From Acidobacteriota bacterium (lineage in GTDB: Bacteria; Acidobacteriota; UBA6911), in NCBI GenBank assembly GCA_035506515.1, contig DATJPG010000042.1, forward strand, positions 11,235 to 75,234: a stretch of DNA of 64,000 bases. Reading direction: 5' to 3'. The number at the start of each line of letters is the position of its first letter. The first letter of the stretch is position 1. The notes under the pieces are model-generated. The model worked only from the letters and a program-made list of their open reading frames with translations. It ran no database searches and had not been told where the DNA came from. Positions 18,701 through 26,796 of the stretch are shown one piece after another. A program made the translations under genes and the position numbers.

Positions 18701-19196
18701 GCTGACAAAGACCTTCCTCGACTTCTTTAACGCGGCGGCCCGCTTCTCCGAAGCAGTGTATCCCAACGGTGCTAAGGACCCGAGTTTTCATTATTCACTG
18801 GCGGCACAACGCGCCGATCAGATCCGGGAAATGACTGTGACGATAGACGGACAGACGACTCGGGGAACCGGTTCCAAGGAACACACATGGACTGCATCGC
18901 CCTCGCAGGACGTGCAGATCAGCGCGAAACTTTCCGGGGGATCGGATTTCGAATTTCAGAACCGGCAGGGAATGTGGGCCCTGTTCCGTTTCTTCGCCGA
19001 CGCCGACCGCTCAACCCAGATCGGCAATGCGAATTCTCTCGAGTGGATCGTGCGGCAAGGCAGAGAAGGCCGTCCCGTGTCGGTCGGCGGCAAGGAATTG
19101 ACCTACCGCTTTATCGTAGACACGGGCGGCGCCGAAGCCATCTACCAGAAAAACTTTCTCATCAGCATGCGCTGCGTTTCCTCGGCCGCGCAGTGA
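15717..19196 (+). CDS. tssM: T6SS membrane complex protein TssM (IcmF/ImpL/VasK)
   Basis: 1159 aa with N-terminal TM helices, a Walker-A-like VIGDAGSTKTS and IcmF-family length. It is 13 nt after tssL. Confidence 0.9.
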   Translation: MMIYLGAGAALVGYLIIAWIVGSLLHLDSSRFNTLFAILTVLGISATAAFLWFWKKSHANASAEGSQGTGPMGKDDEIDALVREAENRLAASNLAKGAKLNNLPLVFVIGDAGSTKTSTILHSGLDPELLAGSVYQDTTVVPTRLANIWFARGMIFVEAGGKLLAEPQRWKHLLQRLRPARLLSAMRGEQAPRAAIVCLDAETFVRAGAADALTMASRNLQKRLSELSEEFGISFPVYVLFTKMNRLAFFEDFVRDLTADEAGHVLGATVPLPAREGGVYAEEEGKRLSAAFDAIFYSLADHRVLFLPRENDLQKVPNAYEFPREFRKLRNGLVQFLVDVCRPSQLRASPFLRGFYFSGVRPILVQDAPVATPRPSAAQRSPFEAAGSATGFFQTGAAPAAPAPIAAAAGGTRKVPQWLFLSHLFADVILRDKAALSASGSSTKASTLQRILLASAAALFLIFAVGFTVSFFGNRTLENEVMEAARGIPPGEAGGMNLPTQDALQKLETLRASLVKLTAYEEDGAPFRLRWFLYAGTDLYPAVRQLYYTRFNQLLFLQTQGKMLASLRMLAIPPASTDDYATTYDTLKAYLITTSEYKRSTKWLSPVLINRWAAGRQVDSILPLATRQFDFFAEDLVRGNPFGDKNDFAAIDRARLHLSKFSGIEQIYQFMISDASRRAKSINFNEQYPGSADVVVNNVEIPGAFTRAGWAVMQDNMARADKFFGGERWVLGDYASAKPEAAKVEEELRNRYVLDYIGKWRDFMNNTKVVRFAGLKDAVKKLNTLSGAQTPLMALFWVATQNTAVSSQKLTDIFDSVQKVVPPPATTVQYVWPTNQEYMGSLASLQTAVSQVAETAATPGPPDPNRGLPVRQSADNARNVLKKLEYTFKIDPESHMETVTSKLLEAPIDYADALTKGMGAGEINNKAAVFCRSFATITNKFPFNPSATAEVTLQELNGMFRPHEGKLWTFYNETLQPLMTKQGPRYEANSTSGIKLTKTFLDFFNAAARFSEAVYPNGAKDPSFHYSLAAQRADQIREMTVTIDGQTTRGTGSKEHTWTASPSQDVQISAKLSGGSDFEFQNRQGMWALFRFFADADRSTQIGNANSLEWIVRQGREGRPVSVGGKELTYRFIVDTGGAEAIYQKNFLISMRCVSSAAQ

Positions 19197-19243
19197 GGGA
19201 AAAAAGCAGAATACAGTAGACAGGAGACAGAATTCAGGAGGCG

Positions 19244-20710
19244 ATGAATTCTGTTTCCCTGAATGCTATGGATATTCGAATGCCTGATTCCTATGACGAA
19301 GTTCGGTATCCAAGCCTTCCTTTAAAACAGAGCCATCCTGCGTTCATCGCGGCGCTGTCCACAATTGCCGGCCTGGAGCTCCCTCCGGTAGAACGGTGGA
19401 GAGTGCTGGAGATCGCCTGCGGCAACGGATCCAATATTATTCCACTGGCATTCGACTATCCCGAAGGACATTTTGTCGGCGTCGATCGAGCTTTAAATCC
19501 GATCCGGGCAGGTCGGGCTCTGGCCGACAAATTGAAGCTCTCCAATATAGAATTGCTGAACGCAGATTTGCTTCAATGGCAGCCGGAGGGCGAATTCGAT
19601 TACGTCATCGCCCACGGCATCTTCTCCTGGGTTCCTGCGGAAGGCCGGGAAAAAATACTCGAGATCTGCGGCCGCGCCCTGAAGCCATCGGGGGTCGCAT
19701 TTATCAGCTATAACGCACTTCCCGGCTGCCATTTCCGCAGGTTTGCCTGGGATTTCCTCCGCTTCCACGTGCGGCGCATCCCGGACCCTGCGGCACGCAT
19801 GAAAGGAGCTCGAGATCTTGCCGGAATGATCGTGAACGCGCCGGCCGGCGAAGACCCCCTTCCGCTTGCCATTCGCAAGGAAATGACTACTATCCTCAAT
19901 AAGGATGAAACGGTTCTGTATCACGACGATCTTTCCGAAATAAACGAGCCATTCTACCTGATGGATTTCGTATCGCAGGCCGGGAGCCATGGACTTCAAT
20001 ACCTGGGTGATGCGGATCCGCAGCGCGACAATGTTCAAGACCTTCCGCTGCGGGCTGAGGACTGGATAGAGTCGCGGCAATACGGTGATTTTCTGGCCAG
20101 AAGGCGATTTCGCGAAACTCTGCTCTGCAGGAGTGAAATCGTTTTGGACCGAAAGCTCTCGCTGGATCGCTTTAGAAATTTGTTTGCTGAGTCGCGGGTA
20201 TCGCCGGGTGAGGTGCAAAAGGACGGGCAGCAGCAGTTTAACATCCCCAAGTCGGGTAATCTGACGACCAATCACCCCTTGGCCAAGAATCTGTTGTGCC
20301 GATTGGCATCGTTGTGGCCGGGATCAATGCGACTCTCCGAATTCCCTCTGGACGACTATCCGGAGGATGCAGTTGCAGGATTGTTTATGCAGCTTGTTCA
20401 GGCTGGGGCCCTCGATGTAAGAAGCCATCCGCCAAAAATCCCTGCAGAAATCGGAGATCGCCCGAAGGCGAGCGCCTTGGCCCAGGCGCAGATCGGTGAA
20501 GGGTACAGCACCGTGACCAATCAGCGGCACAGCAATATCGCGATCACCGACGACACGAGCCGCAGGATTCTTACACTCCTCGACGGAACCCGGAACAGGC
20601 AGGAGCTCGCGGGCGAACTGACGGCCGGCGGAATGGATCCGCAAACGATCCATAGCGCGATCGAGGGCGCTCTTGCAAGCCTGCATCACGTGAGCCTGCT
20701 GATTGGATGA
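19244..20710 (+). CDS. Class I SAM-dependent methyltransferase with a long C-terminal extension (resembles the 'methyltransferase regulatory domain' type)
   Basis: 488 aa. VLEIACGNGSN is a GxGxG SAM-binding motif, and an acidic DYVIAHGIFSW motif II-like segment follows. It is 48 nt after tssM, same strand. Confidence 0.65.
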   Translation: MNSVSLNAMDIRMPDSYDEVRYPSLPLKQSHPAFIAALSTIAGLELPPVERWRVLEIACGNGSNIIPLAFDYPEGHFVGVDRALNPIRAGRALADKLKLSNIELLNADLLQWQPEGEFDYVIAHGIFSWVPAEGREKILEICGRALKPSGVAFISYNALPGCHFRRFAWDFLRFHVRRIPDPAARMKGARDLAGMIVNAPAGEDPLPLAIRKEMTTILNKDETVLYHDDLSEINEPFYLMDFVSQAGSHGLQYLGDADPQRDNVQDLPLRAEDWIESRQYGDFLARRRFRETLLCRSEIVLDRKLSLDRFRNLFAESRVSPGEVQKDGQQQFNIPKSGNLTTNHPLAKNLLCRLASLWPGSMRLSEFPLDDYPEDAVAGLFMQLVQAGALDVRSHPPKIPAEIGDRPKASALAQAQIGEGYSTVTNQRHSNIAITDDTSRRILTLLDGTRNRQELAGELTAGGMDPQTIHSAIEGALASLHHVSLLIG

Positions 20711-20847
20711 GATGAGCGATGGTCACCATAAGCCGAATTTATAAGAAGGAAGGTGATTTCTGCCGGCCCGGCTCTTATGATTTCTTTCAGGGTGATGACA
20801 CATGTCACGGAATAAGCCTATAATTGCAGCAAGATAGGAGGCCTCTT

Positions 20848-21816
20848 ATGCGCCGCTCCATTTTGACGATTTTCCTGTTATGCATATTGGTTCCATTGGC
20901 GAATGCCCAGACAAAACCGCGCGTGGCCGTCATGAATTTCGACTATGCGACCGTGCGCGACATGAGCTCTTCGATATTCGGCACGGACGTGGATATTGGA
21001 AAAGGCATCACGGATATGCTGGTTGACAAGCTGGTCAATGGCGGCGCCTTCTCCGTAATCGAGCGCAAGGCTCTGGACAGCATTATCGCGGAGCAGAATC
21101 TCTCGAACAGTGACCGTTTCGATAACAACTCCGCGGCAAAAATCGGGCGGCTGCTTGGAGTGGACGCGATCATTACCGGCAGCATCACGCAATTCGGCCG
21201 TGACGATAAAAACACGAATATAGGCGGCGGAGCGGTCGGTGGTATTTCGCGCCGCTTCGGCATCGGCGGGGTCGGCAAAAAAGAATCCAAGGCAGTCGTG
21301 GCAATCACGGCGCGCATTATCAATACGGACACAGCTGAAATTCTGGTGTCCACAACAGGAAATGGCGAATCCAAGCGGTCCGGTACGATGTTGCTTGGCG
21401 CTGGAGGCAGCGCCGAAACCGCTGCGGGCGGTGTCGTGGACATGAGAAGCAGCAACTTCGCCAACACAATTCTCGGAGAGGCGGTTGGGCAAGCCGTCAC
21501 CTCCGTCGCCACGCAGCTGCAAGATAAAGCCGGCCAGCTGCCCACGCGCGTCGTGAAAGTCGACGGCCTCGTGGCGGATGCGACGGGCGGCGAACTGGTG
21601 CTCAATGTCGGCAGCAAAGCGGGAATCAAAGTCGGCGATCACCTGAAAGTCGTACGCACCGGGCGCGAGATCCGCGACCCTTCTACCGGTAAGGTGATCC
21701 GGCGCACGGAGGAAGCGCTCGGTGAAGTGGTCATCACGGAGGTCGACGAACAGTCAGCAGTTGGCAAGTACAACGGGACCAATCCGGCAAAAGTAGGCGA
21801 CCGGGTACACAACTAG
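20848..21816 (+). CDS. CsgG/HfaB-family (curli-type secretion channel-like) exported protein
   Basis: GGAGG RBS. Signal peptide MRRSILTIFLLCILVPLANA. The segments VAVMNFDYAT...ERKALDSIIAEQNLS...GVDAIITGSIT resemble CsgG-family conserved blocks. The STK gene follows at 12 nt. Confidence 0.6.
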   Translation: MRRSILTIFLLCILVPLANAQTKPRVAVMNFDYATVRDMSSSIFGTDVDIGKGITDMLVDKLVNGGAFSVIERKALDSIIAEQNLSNSDRFDNNSAAKIGRLLGVDAIITGSITQFGRDDKNTNIGGGAVGGISRRFGIGGVGKKESKAVVAITARIINTDTAEILVSTTGNGESKRSGTMLLGAGGSAETAAGGVVDMRSSNFANTILGEAVGQAVTSVATQLQDKAGQLPTRVVKVDGLVADATGGELVLNVGSKAGIKVGDHLKVVRTGREIRDPSTGKVIRRTEEALGEVVITEVDEQSAVGKYNGTNPAKVGDRVHN

Positions 21817-21827
21817 GCGGGGGGCGG

Positions 21828-23456
21828 ATGAGCTACGAAATCGGTTCTCGCGTTGGCGATTACGAAATTCTTCAGATCCTTGGCGCGGGCGGCATGGGGC
21901 GAGTCTACAAAGTCCGCAACGTCCTGTCCGATCGTGTAGAAGCCATGAAAGTATTGCTTCCGGATCTCGAGGGCAATCCCGGGTTGGCCGACCGGTTCAT
22001 GCGCGAAATCAAAGTGCAGGCAAGTCTGGATCATCCGAACATCGCCGCGCTGCACACGGCGCTGCGCATCGAAAATCAACTGATGATGCTCATGGAATAT
22101 GTGGACGGAGTCACGCTGGACAAGATGATGGAAGCGGGTCCGGTCCCTATCGACAAGGCGGTGGACTACATCGCGCAAGTACTCTCGGCGCTGGCGTACG
22201 CGCACGCGCGCGGCGTCGTACACCGCGACCTGAAGCCGGCGAACATGATGATCATGCCCAACGGGGTGGTCAAACTGATGGACTTCGGAATCGCGAAGAT
22301 GACGGCAGACCGCAAGCTCACGCAAACGGGCAGCACCGTCGGATCGCTGTACTACATGTCTCCGGAGCAGATCAAAGGCGCCGTGGATCTCGACCCGCGA
22401 TCCGACTTGTATTCCCTCGGGGTTTCGCTCTATGAAGTTGTCACGGGCGCACGTCCCTTTCAGGGGGACAGCGAATATTCGATCATGGCGGCGCACTTGC
22501 AGAAGAACCCTCCTCCGCCGATCGAAATATCGCCCAACCTGCCGAACGGATTGAACGAAATAATTCTGCAGGCGCTCCAGAAAGAGCCGGCGAAGCGTTT
22601 CCAGACGGCCGATGCATTCCGGAACGCGCTGCTCTACGTGTGCAAGCAGCCGCTGTCCGCGGCTCCGGTGGCGGCCGCGGCCGTGCCTCCGCCAAAAGCC
22701 GTACAGCCGCAGCCGAATATTCCACCCCCGCCCCCACCGGCAGTGCAACCTGCATCCTCGCACAGGGGCCTATGGATTACCATAGGCGCCGTCATTGTTC
22801 TTGCCGTGATCGCGGTTGTGGCCATGCAAATGCCGATGTTCCACAAGACCGCGGCGGAGACCGCTTCCGCCCAGCCTTCGACGGCAGTTTCGGGCACTGC
22901 AACCCCGTTGCAGGAATCCAGCGCGACTGTTCAACCCCCCCCGACACAAGCTTCTGTCCCGTCCACGACTTCACAGGAGGACGTGGCCGCGCCTGCGCAA
23001 GTTGCATCCGCCCCCGAAGCTCAGTCTCCGCAGACAAAGCCGACCACAAAACCGGCATCCGCCCCGTCCAAAACGGCAAAGCAGATGCAGTCTCCTCTGG
23101 CATCTCAGGCGGTTTCAGGAACCCAGCCGCCGGCTCCGGCGAAATCTGGGGCTGCTCCGGCAACGCCTGTCGAGGATCCGGCAACGGCAGAGCAGCTGAA
23201 GGAAGTTAAAGAGCAGCTGAACCTTCTGAGCATACGCATGGATACGGTTAAAAGCAGCCTGGATTCGCTGCGCAAGCAGCAGGCTACTTCCGGTTTCGGA
23301 CTGCGCGCCGACATGGCGAGTTCCGCCCAGCGGATGGAGTATTATTACAGTCAGACGGACGCGGCTCTGAAAAACCGCGATGCGGCAGCGGCGAAGAAAA
23401 ACCTGGATCTCACGGAACGCGAAGTCACAAAACTGGAGAATTTCCTGGGGAAATAG
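21828..23456 (+). CDS. Transmembrane eukaryotic-like Ser/Thr protein kinase (PpkA-like architecture without a vWA domain)
   Basis: GAGGMGRVYKV, AMKVL, HRDLKPANMM, DFGIAK and SPE motifs are present. Then come a Pro-rich linker, the TM helix LWITIGAVIVLAVIAVVAM, and a Ser/Thr/Pro/Ala-rich exported region with a C-terminal coiled coil. Confidence 0.9.
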   Translation: MSYEIGSRVGDYEILQILGAGGMGRVYKVRNVLSDRVEAMKVLLPDLEGNPGLADRFMREIKVQASLDHPNIAALHTALRIENQLMMLMEYVDGVTLDKMMEAGPVPIDKAVDYIAQVLSALAYAHARGVVHRDLKPANMMIMPNGVVKLMDFGIAKMTADRKLTQTGSTVGSLYYMSPEQIKGAVDLDPRSDLYSLGVSLYEVVTGARPFQGDSEYSIMAAHLQKNPPPPIEISPNLPNGLNEIILQALQKEPAKRFQTADAFRNALLYVCKQPLSAAPVAAAAVPPPKAVQPQPNIPPPPPPAVQPASSHRGLWITIGAVIVLAVIAVVAMQMPMFHKTAAETASAQPSTAVSGTATPLQESSATVQPPPTQASVPSTTSQEDVAAPAQVASAPEAQSPQTKPTTKPASAPSKTAKQMQSPLASQAVSGTQPPAPAKSGAAPATPVEDPATAEQLKEVKEQLNLLSIRMDTVKSSLDSLRKQQATSGFGLRADMASSAQRMEYYYSQTDAALKNRDAAAAKKNLDLTEREVTKLENFLGK

Positions 23457-23656
23457 TTTTCCGAATACAGGAGTCAGCGTTCAGATTGGAAGTCTTGTGA
23501 ACTCTATATGCGTCCTGTCTCCTGCCTGATTGGTTGAGAGATCTCTCGGCTCTGCCGGGGAGGCAGTAATAGTTTGACAGGTGCAGGAGTTATTAGCGGC
23601 GGATTTCCGACATGTTTGTCTCGAGCCCCCAATAGCCAGTCCGGCATCACCAAGAC

Positions 23657-23753
23657 GATCGGGGTCGGTATCGGAATCGGGGTCGCAATCGGATTCGGTA
23701 TCGCTGAGGCTTATCGCCTCCCGATTTCGACCCCGATTCCGATACCGACCGCG
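23657..23753. repeat. REP-like palindromic element, family 1 (GGGGTCGGWATCGG arms), copy A
   Basis: Inverted arms of about 33 bp: gatcggggtcggtatcggaatcggggtcg...cgaccccgattccgataccgacc. It lies downstream of the STK stop. Related copies are at 37811 and 47307. Confidence 0.7.
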
Positions 23754-23863
23754 AACATATTGCCAAAGCCTCCGGCTTTGCCGAGGATACTTACTTCGGG
23801 GATCTGCTTGACTATCCCCTTCCCCAAGTCTATAGTGGCGATTTTTTCTCATGGAGGTTATCG

Positions 23864-25072
23864 ATGTCTGGGCCCTTAGCAGGCGTGCGAGTAGTAGAAA
23901 TCACAATGTTTCAACAGGGACCGGTTGCCGGAACCAAACTGGGTGACATGGGGGCAGACGTCATCAAGGTTGAACCCAAAGAAGGCGATCCGGCGCGCGG
24001 TTTTATGCGTCTCATCGGCGCGACCGTGGGACTCAAGGGAAATAACTACTATTTTGAAAGCAACAACCGCAACAAGCGCAGCATTGCGATGGACCTCAAG
24101 TCAGCCGGCGGGAAGGAGATCTTCCTGAAACTGATTGATACCGCCGATATCTTTCTCACCAACATGAGCATCGATGCGCCCATCAAAATCGGAATCGGGC
24201 CTGACGATCTGATGAAGCGAAATCCGCGGCTCGTCTACGGGCACTCGTCCGGATGGGGAAGAAAGGGGCCTGGTGCCGGCGATCTTTCGTTTGATTACAC
24301 GGGCATTGCCCGCTCGGGTTTGATGATGTGTGCGGGCGAAAAAGGCAGCCCCCCGGCCCAAATGCTTCCCGGAATGGGCGACCAGATCGGTGGCCTTATG
24401 CTCGCTTGGGCTGTAACTGCAGCGCTGTATGCCCGCGAGAAGACGGGCCAGGGCCAACTGGTGGACACGTCGCTCATGGGCAGCATCATCGCCCTCACCG
24501 GCCTCATTCTCGATGCCCCCGCGATGTTGAACCAGGAATACCCAAGAGAACTCAGAGCAGAAGCCGGCAACCCCATGTACAACCACTACAGGTGCCGCGA
24601 CGACAAATGGATCGCCGTGGCTCACCTCCAGCCGGACCGCTATTGGCCAGCCTTCAGCAAGGCCATGGAACTCGGAGACTTGGAACATGATCCCAGGTTC
24701 AACAGCATGGAAGCCCGCGGAAAGAACAAGACGGAACTCATCCGTATGCTGGACGAAAAATTCGCATCCAAAACGAGAGACGAATGGCTGGATCAGCTGA
24801 ACAAAGCAGGCTGCATCTGCACACCCGTTCAGTCTCTCGCCGAAGTGACTCGGGATCCCCAGGCTCTTGCCAATAACTATATGATCGATGCGGATCACCC
24901 GGAATGGGGACGCGTTCGCCAGGTCGGCTTTCCCTGGGATTTCAACGGAACGCCGGCCGAATGGCGCAGACCGGCGCCCAAGCTGGGCGAACACACAGAA
25001 GAGATTTTACGGGAAATTGGTTACGCCAGCGAAGCCATTGCTCAACTGAAGGCGTCCGGAGCTATTCTCTAA
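23864..25072 (+). CDS. CoA-transferase family III (CaiB/BaiF/FldA-like), paralog 1
   Basis: VRVVEITMFQQGPVAGTKLGDMGADVIKVEPKEGDPAR is the family-III N-terminal signature. It has about 65% identity to the ORF at 34400. Confidence 0.85.
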   Translation: MSGPLAGVRVVEITMFQQGPVAGTKLGDMGADVIKVEPKEGDPARGFMRLIGATVGLKGNNYYFESNNRNKRSIAMDLKSAGGKEIFLKLIDTADIFLTNMSIDAPIKIGIGPDDLMKRNPRLVYGHSSGWGRKGPGAGDLSFDYTGIARSGLMMCAGEKGSPPAQMLPGMGDQIGGLMLAWAVTAALYAREKTGQGQLVDTSLMGSIIALTGLILDAPAMLNQEYPRELRAEAGNPMYNHYRCRDDKWIAVAHLQPDRYWPAFSKAMELGDLEHDPRFNSMEARGKNKTELIRMLDEKFASKTRDEWLDQLNKAGCICTPVQSLAEVTRDPQALANNYMIDADHPEWGRVRQVGFPWDFNGTPAEWRRPAPKLGEHTEEILREIGYASEAIAQLKASGAIL

Positions 25073-26351
25073 TCACAACCGGAATGATGGTTCCTCCGGA
25101 CGGCAGAATCGTCACATCGGCCTTGGGCGTGCTCTTATAAGCCATCTGAATGGCCTCGTCGAGAGTCGCAGCATACTCAAAATTCATAAGCTGCACCTGC
25201 TCTCTCGTCAACCCCTCCGTCATGTGAATGACTTTGTACTGCTCGGACACTTCCTTGAAGGGAACTCCGAGCATAAAGAAGGATATGCCGAAGGGTTTGA
25301 TGCTGTCCGGAATATTTCCTTCAAGCAGTCTGCGGTGATATTCATTCGCGCTTTTCGCAGCGGCCATCTGCTCGATCAGCGACATTAGCGGTCCGGCCTG
25401 CTTTTCGGCGGCGGCCCAGATGATCGTTCCTCCCGTTTTGACAGCAAGCCTTGCGTTCAACAAAGATTTGGTCGCCTGGACGCCGATTTCCAGCGGGGCG
25501 GCGGATGTGATAACGATGTCCGCCTGTTTGGGCAGCGCCACCTTATATATAGAGGATGCGAATTCTGCCGCCTGCCGGTGCTCTTCGACGGGATCCCCGG
25601 CGAATGCCCGAATGACTCTATCTGTCTCGTTCAGCAGGAAATCAACCTTAAATGCCAAGCCTGCCAATCGCGCAACCTCGACTGTTTCGTCATACCAGGC
25701 ATTTCCCGCAAGGGCGCTGAGCTGGCAGGTCCTGTTCCGGAGCCAGCTGTAGTGATGGTCACCGATGCTTCGGTAGGACGACACTCCGGGCATGATAATT
25801 TTGCATCCGCCGCTGTATCCCGCATAAGGGTGCGGCATGCACGTGCCGATGCCGATGACCAGGTCCGCCTCGGCGACGTATTTATTGATTTCGACAGCCG
25901 TTCCCCGGCTGGTCTTGCCGACGAAAACGTTGTCGGGCGATTGAGATTCGTGGATGTAGACGCGACCCGCGAGGCGCCGCAGTGCTTCCGGCCCTATCTT
26001 CTTGGCAATCTGCTCCTGGGAGGGCATCGGGTGTGATCCCCGGGCACAGATCGCGGTGACGCGGGCATCGGGTACTCCGGCTTTGTTGAGACGGTTCAGG
26101 ATCGGGGGGATTGCGAACTGCGCCGGAGTGGCCCGCTGCATGTCGTCAAACAGCACGGCGACCTTCATCCCCGGGCGGGCCAGCCGCTCCAGGGTTGGAG
26201 TTCCGATGGGATTATCGAGCGCCCTCTCCACTTCTTTTGCCGCGTCTTCGACCAGAGGCGCCTTCGCACAATCCTGCGAGCTGAGCACATTCCATCCAGA
26301 TGGCAGGGAAAAATCGATCCTGCCGCCGCTGTAATTCAGGTAATAGTCCAT
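25062..26351 (-). CDS. LarA-like (nickel-pincer cofactor-dependent) 2-hydroxyacid racemase family protein, paralog 1
   Basis: 429 aa with DUF2088/LarA-type N-terminal domain features, and is paralogous to the ORF at 32832-34118. Confidence 0.7.
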   Translation of the reverse strand: MDYYLNYSGGRIDFSLPSGWNVLSSQDCAKAPLVEDAAKEVERALDNPIGTPTLERLARPGMKVAVLFDDMQRATPAQFAIPPILNRLNKAGVPDARVTAICARGSHPMPSQEQIAKKIGPEALRRLAGRVYIHESQSPDNVFVGKTSRGTAVEINKYVAEADLVIGIGTCMPHPYAGYSGGCKIIMPGVSSYRSIGDHHYSWLRNRTCQLSALAGNAWYDETVEVARLAGLAFKVDFLLNETDRVIRAFAGDPVEEHRQAAEFASSIYKVALPKQADIVITSAAPLEIGVQATKSLLNARLAVKTGGTIIWAAAEKQAGPLMSLIEQMAAAKSANEYHRRLLEGNIPDSIKPFGISFFMLGVPFKEVSEQYKVIHMTEGLTREQVQLMNFEYAATLDEAIQMAYKSTPKADVTILPSGGTIIPVVIRE

Positions 26352-26796
26352 AAAACCCCGCCTTCCTTCATTCCGCTCAATTATATCCGGCGCGTGGCTT
26401 CCTTGCCAGCAGGATGCTTCTGTCCCCGAATATTTAAAAATCTATTGGTAGGATGGTAGAATCAGAAATATACTTGTCATATATATGCGGATTCGTTTCC
26501 TGAACTAAGGTAAGAAGCAGGCAAAATATTTGTGCCGGGAGTGTTCTAGCGGCTAAAACCATTTGCGAGTGATCCAATCTCCATGTTGGATGCAAAGCAG
26601 GTTCGTGCTGTTTATTTGGAGCAAAATCATAAATATCCAGGGCATAATCCCGCGACACAAAATTGTTTAAGGAAGTTAGTATTATTTCCGCAATTGTGCC
26701 CGCCCACCCAATTCATGCAGTATGAGCGTCCGACATGCAAACAGGTGCATGCGGAGGGTTGCGGTGCATCCATAGTACTGAGGCAAGGAGGGCTTT

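Noticed and set aside
10452-20710. Possibility that the two T6SS-embedded methyltransferases are a restriction-modification or other DNA-modification defence system
   Set aside because: No restriction endonuclease, helicase or specificity subunit is adjacent. The motifs resemble protein or small-molecule methyltransferases. This was kept as an open alternative in the findings rather than called.
23481-23852. ORF encoding an acidic DTESDCDPDSDTDPD-type peptide, with a similar one at 47185-47400
   Set aside because: Both are artefacts of reading through the family-1 palindromic repeat (GTCGGAATCGG translates to SDSD/DPD strings). They lie in intergenic positions.
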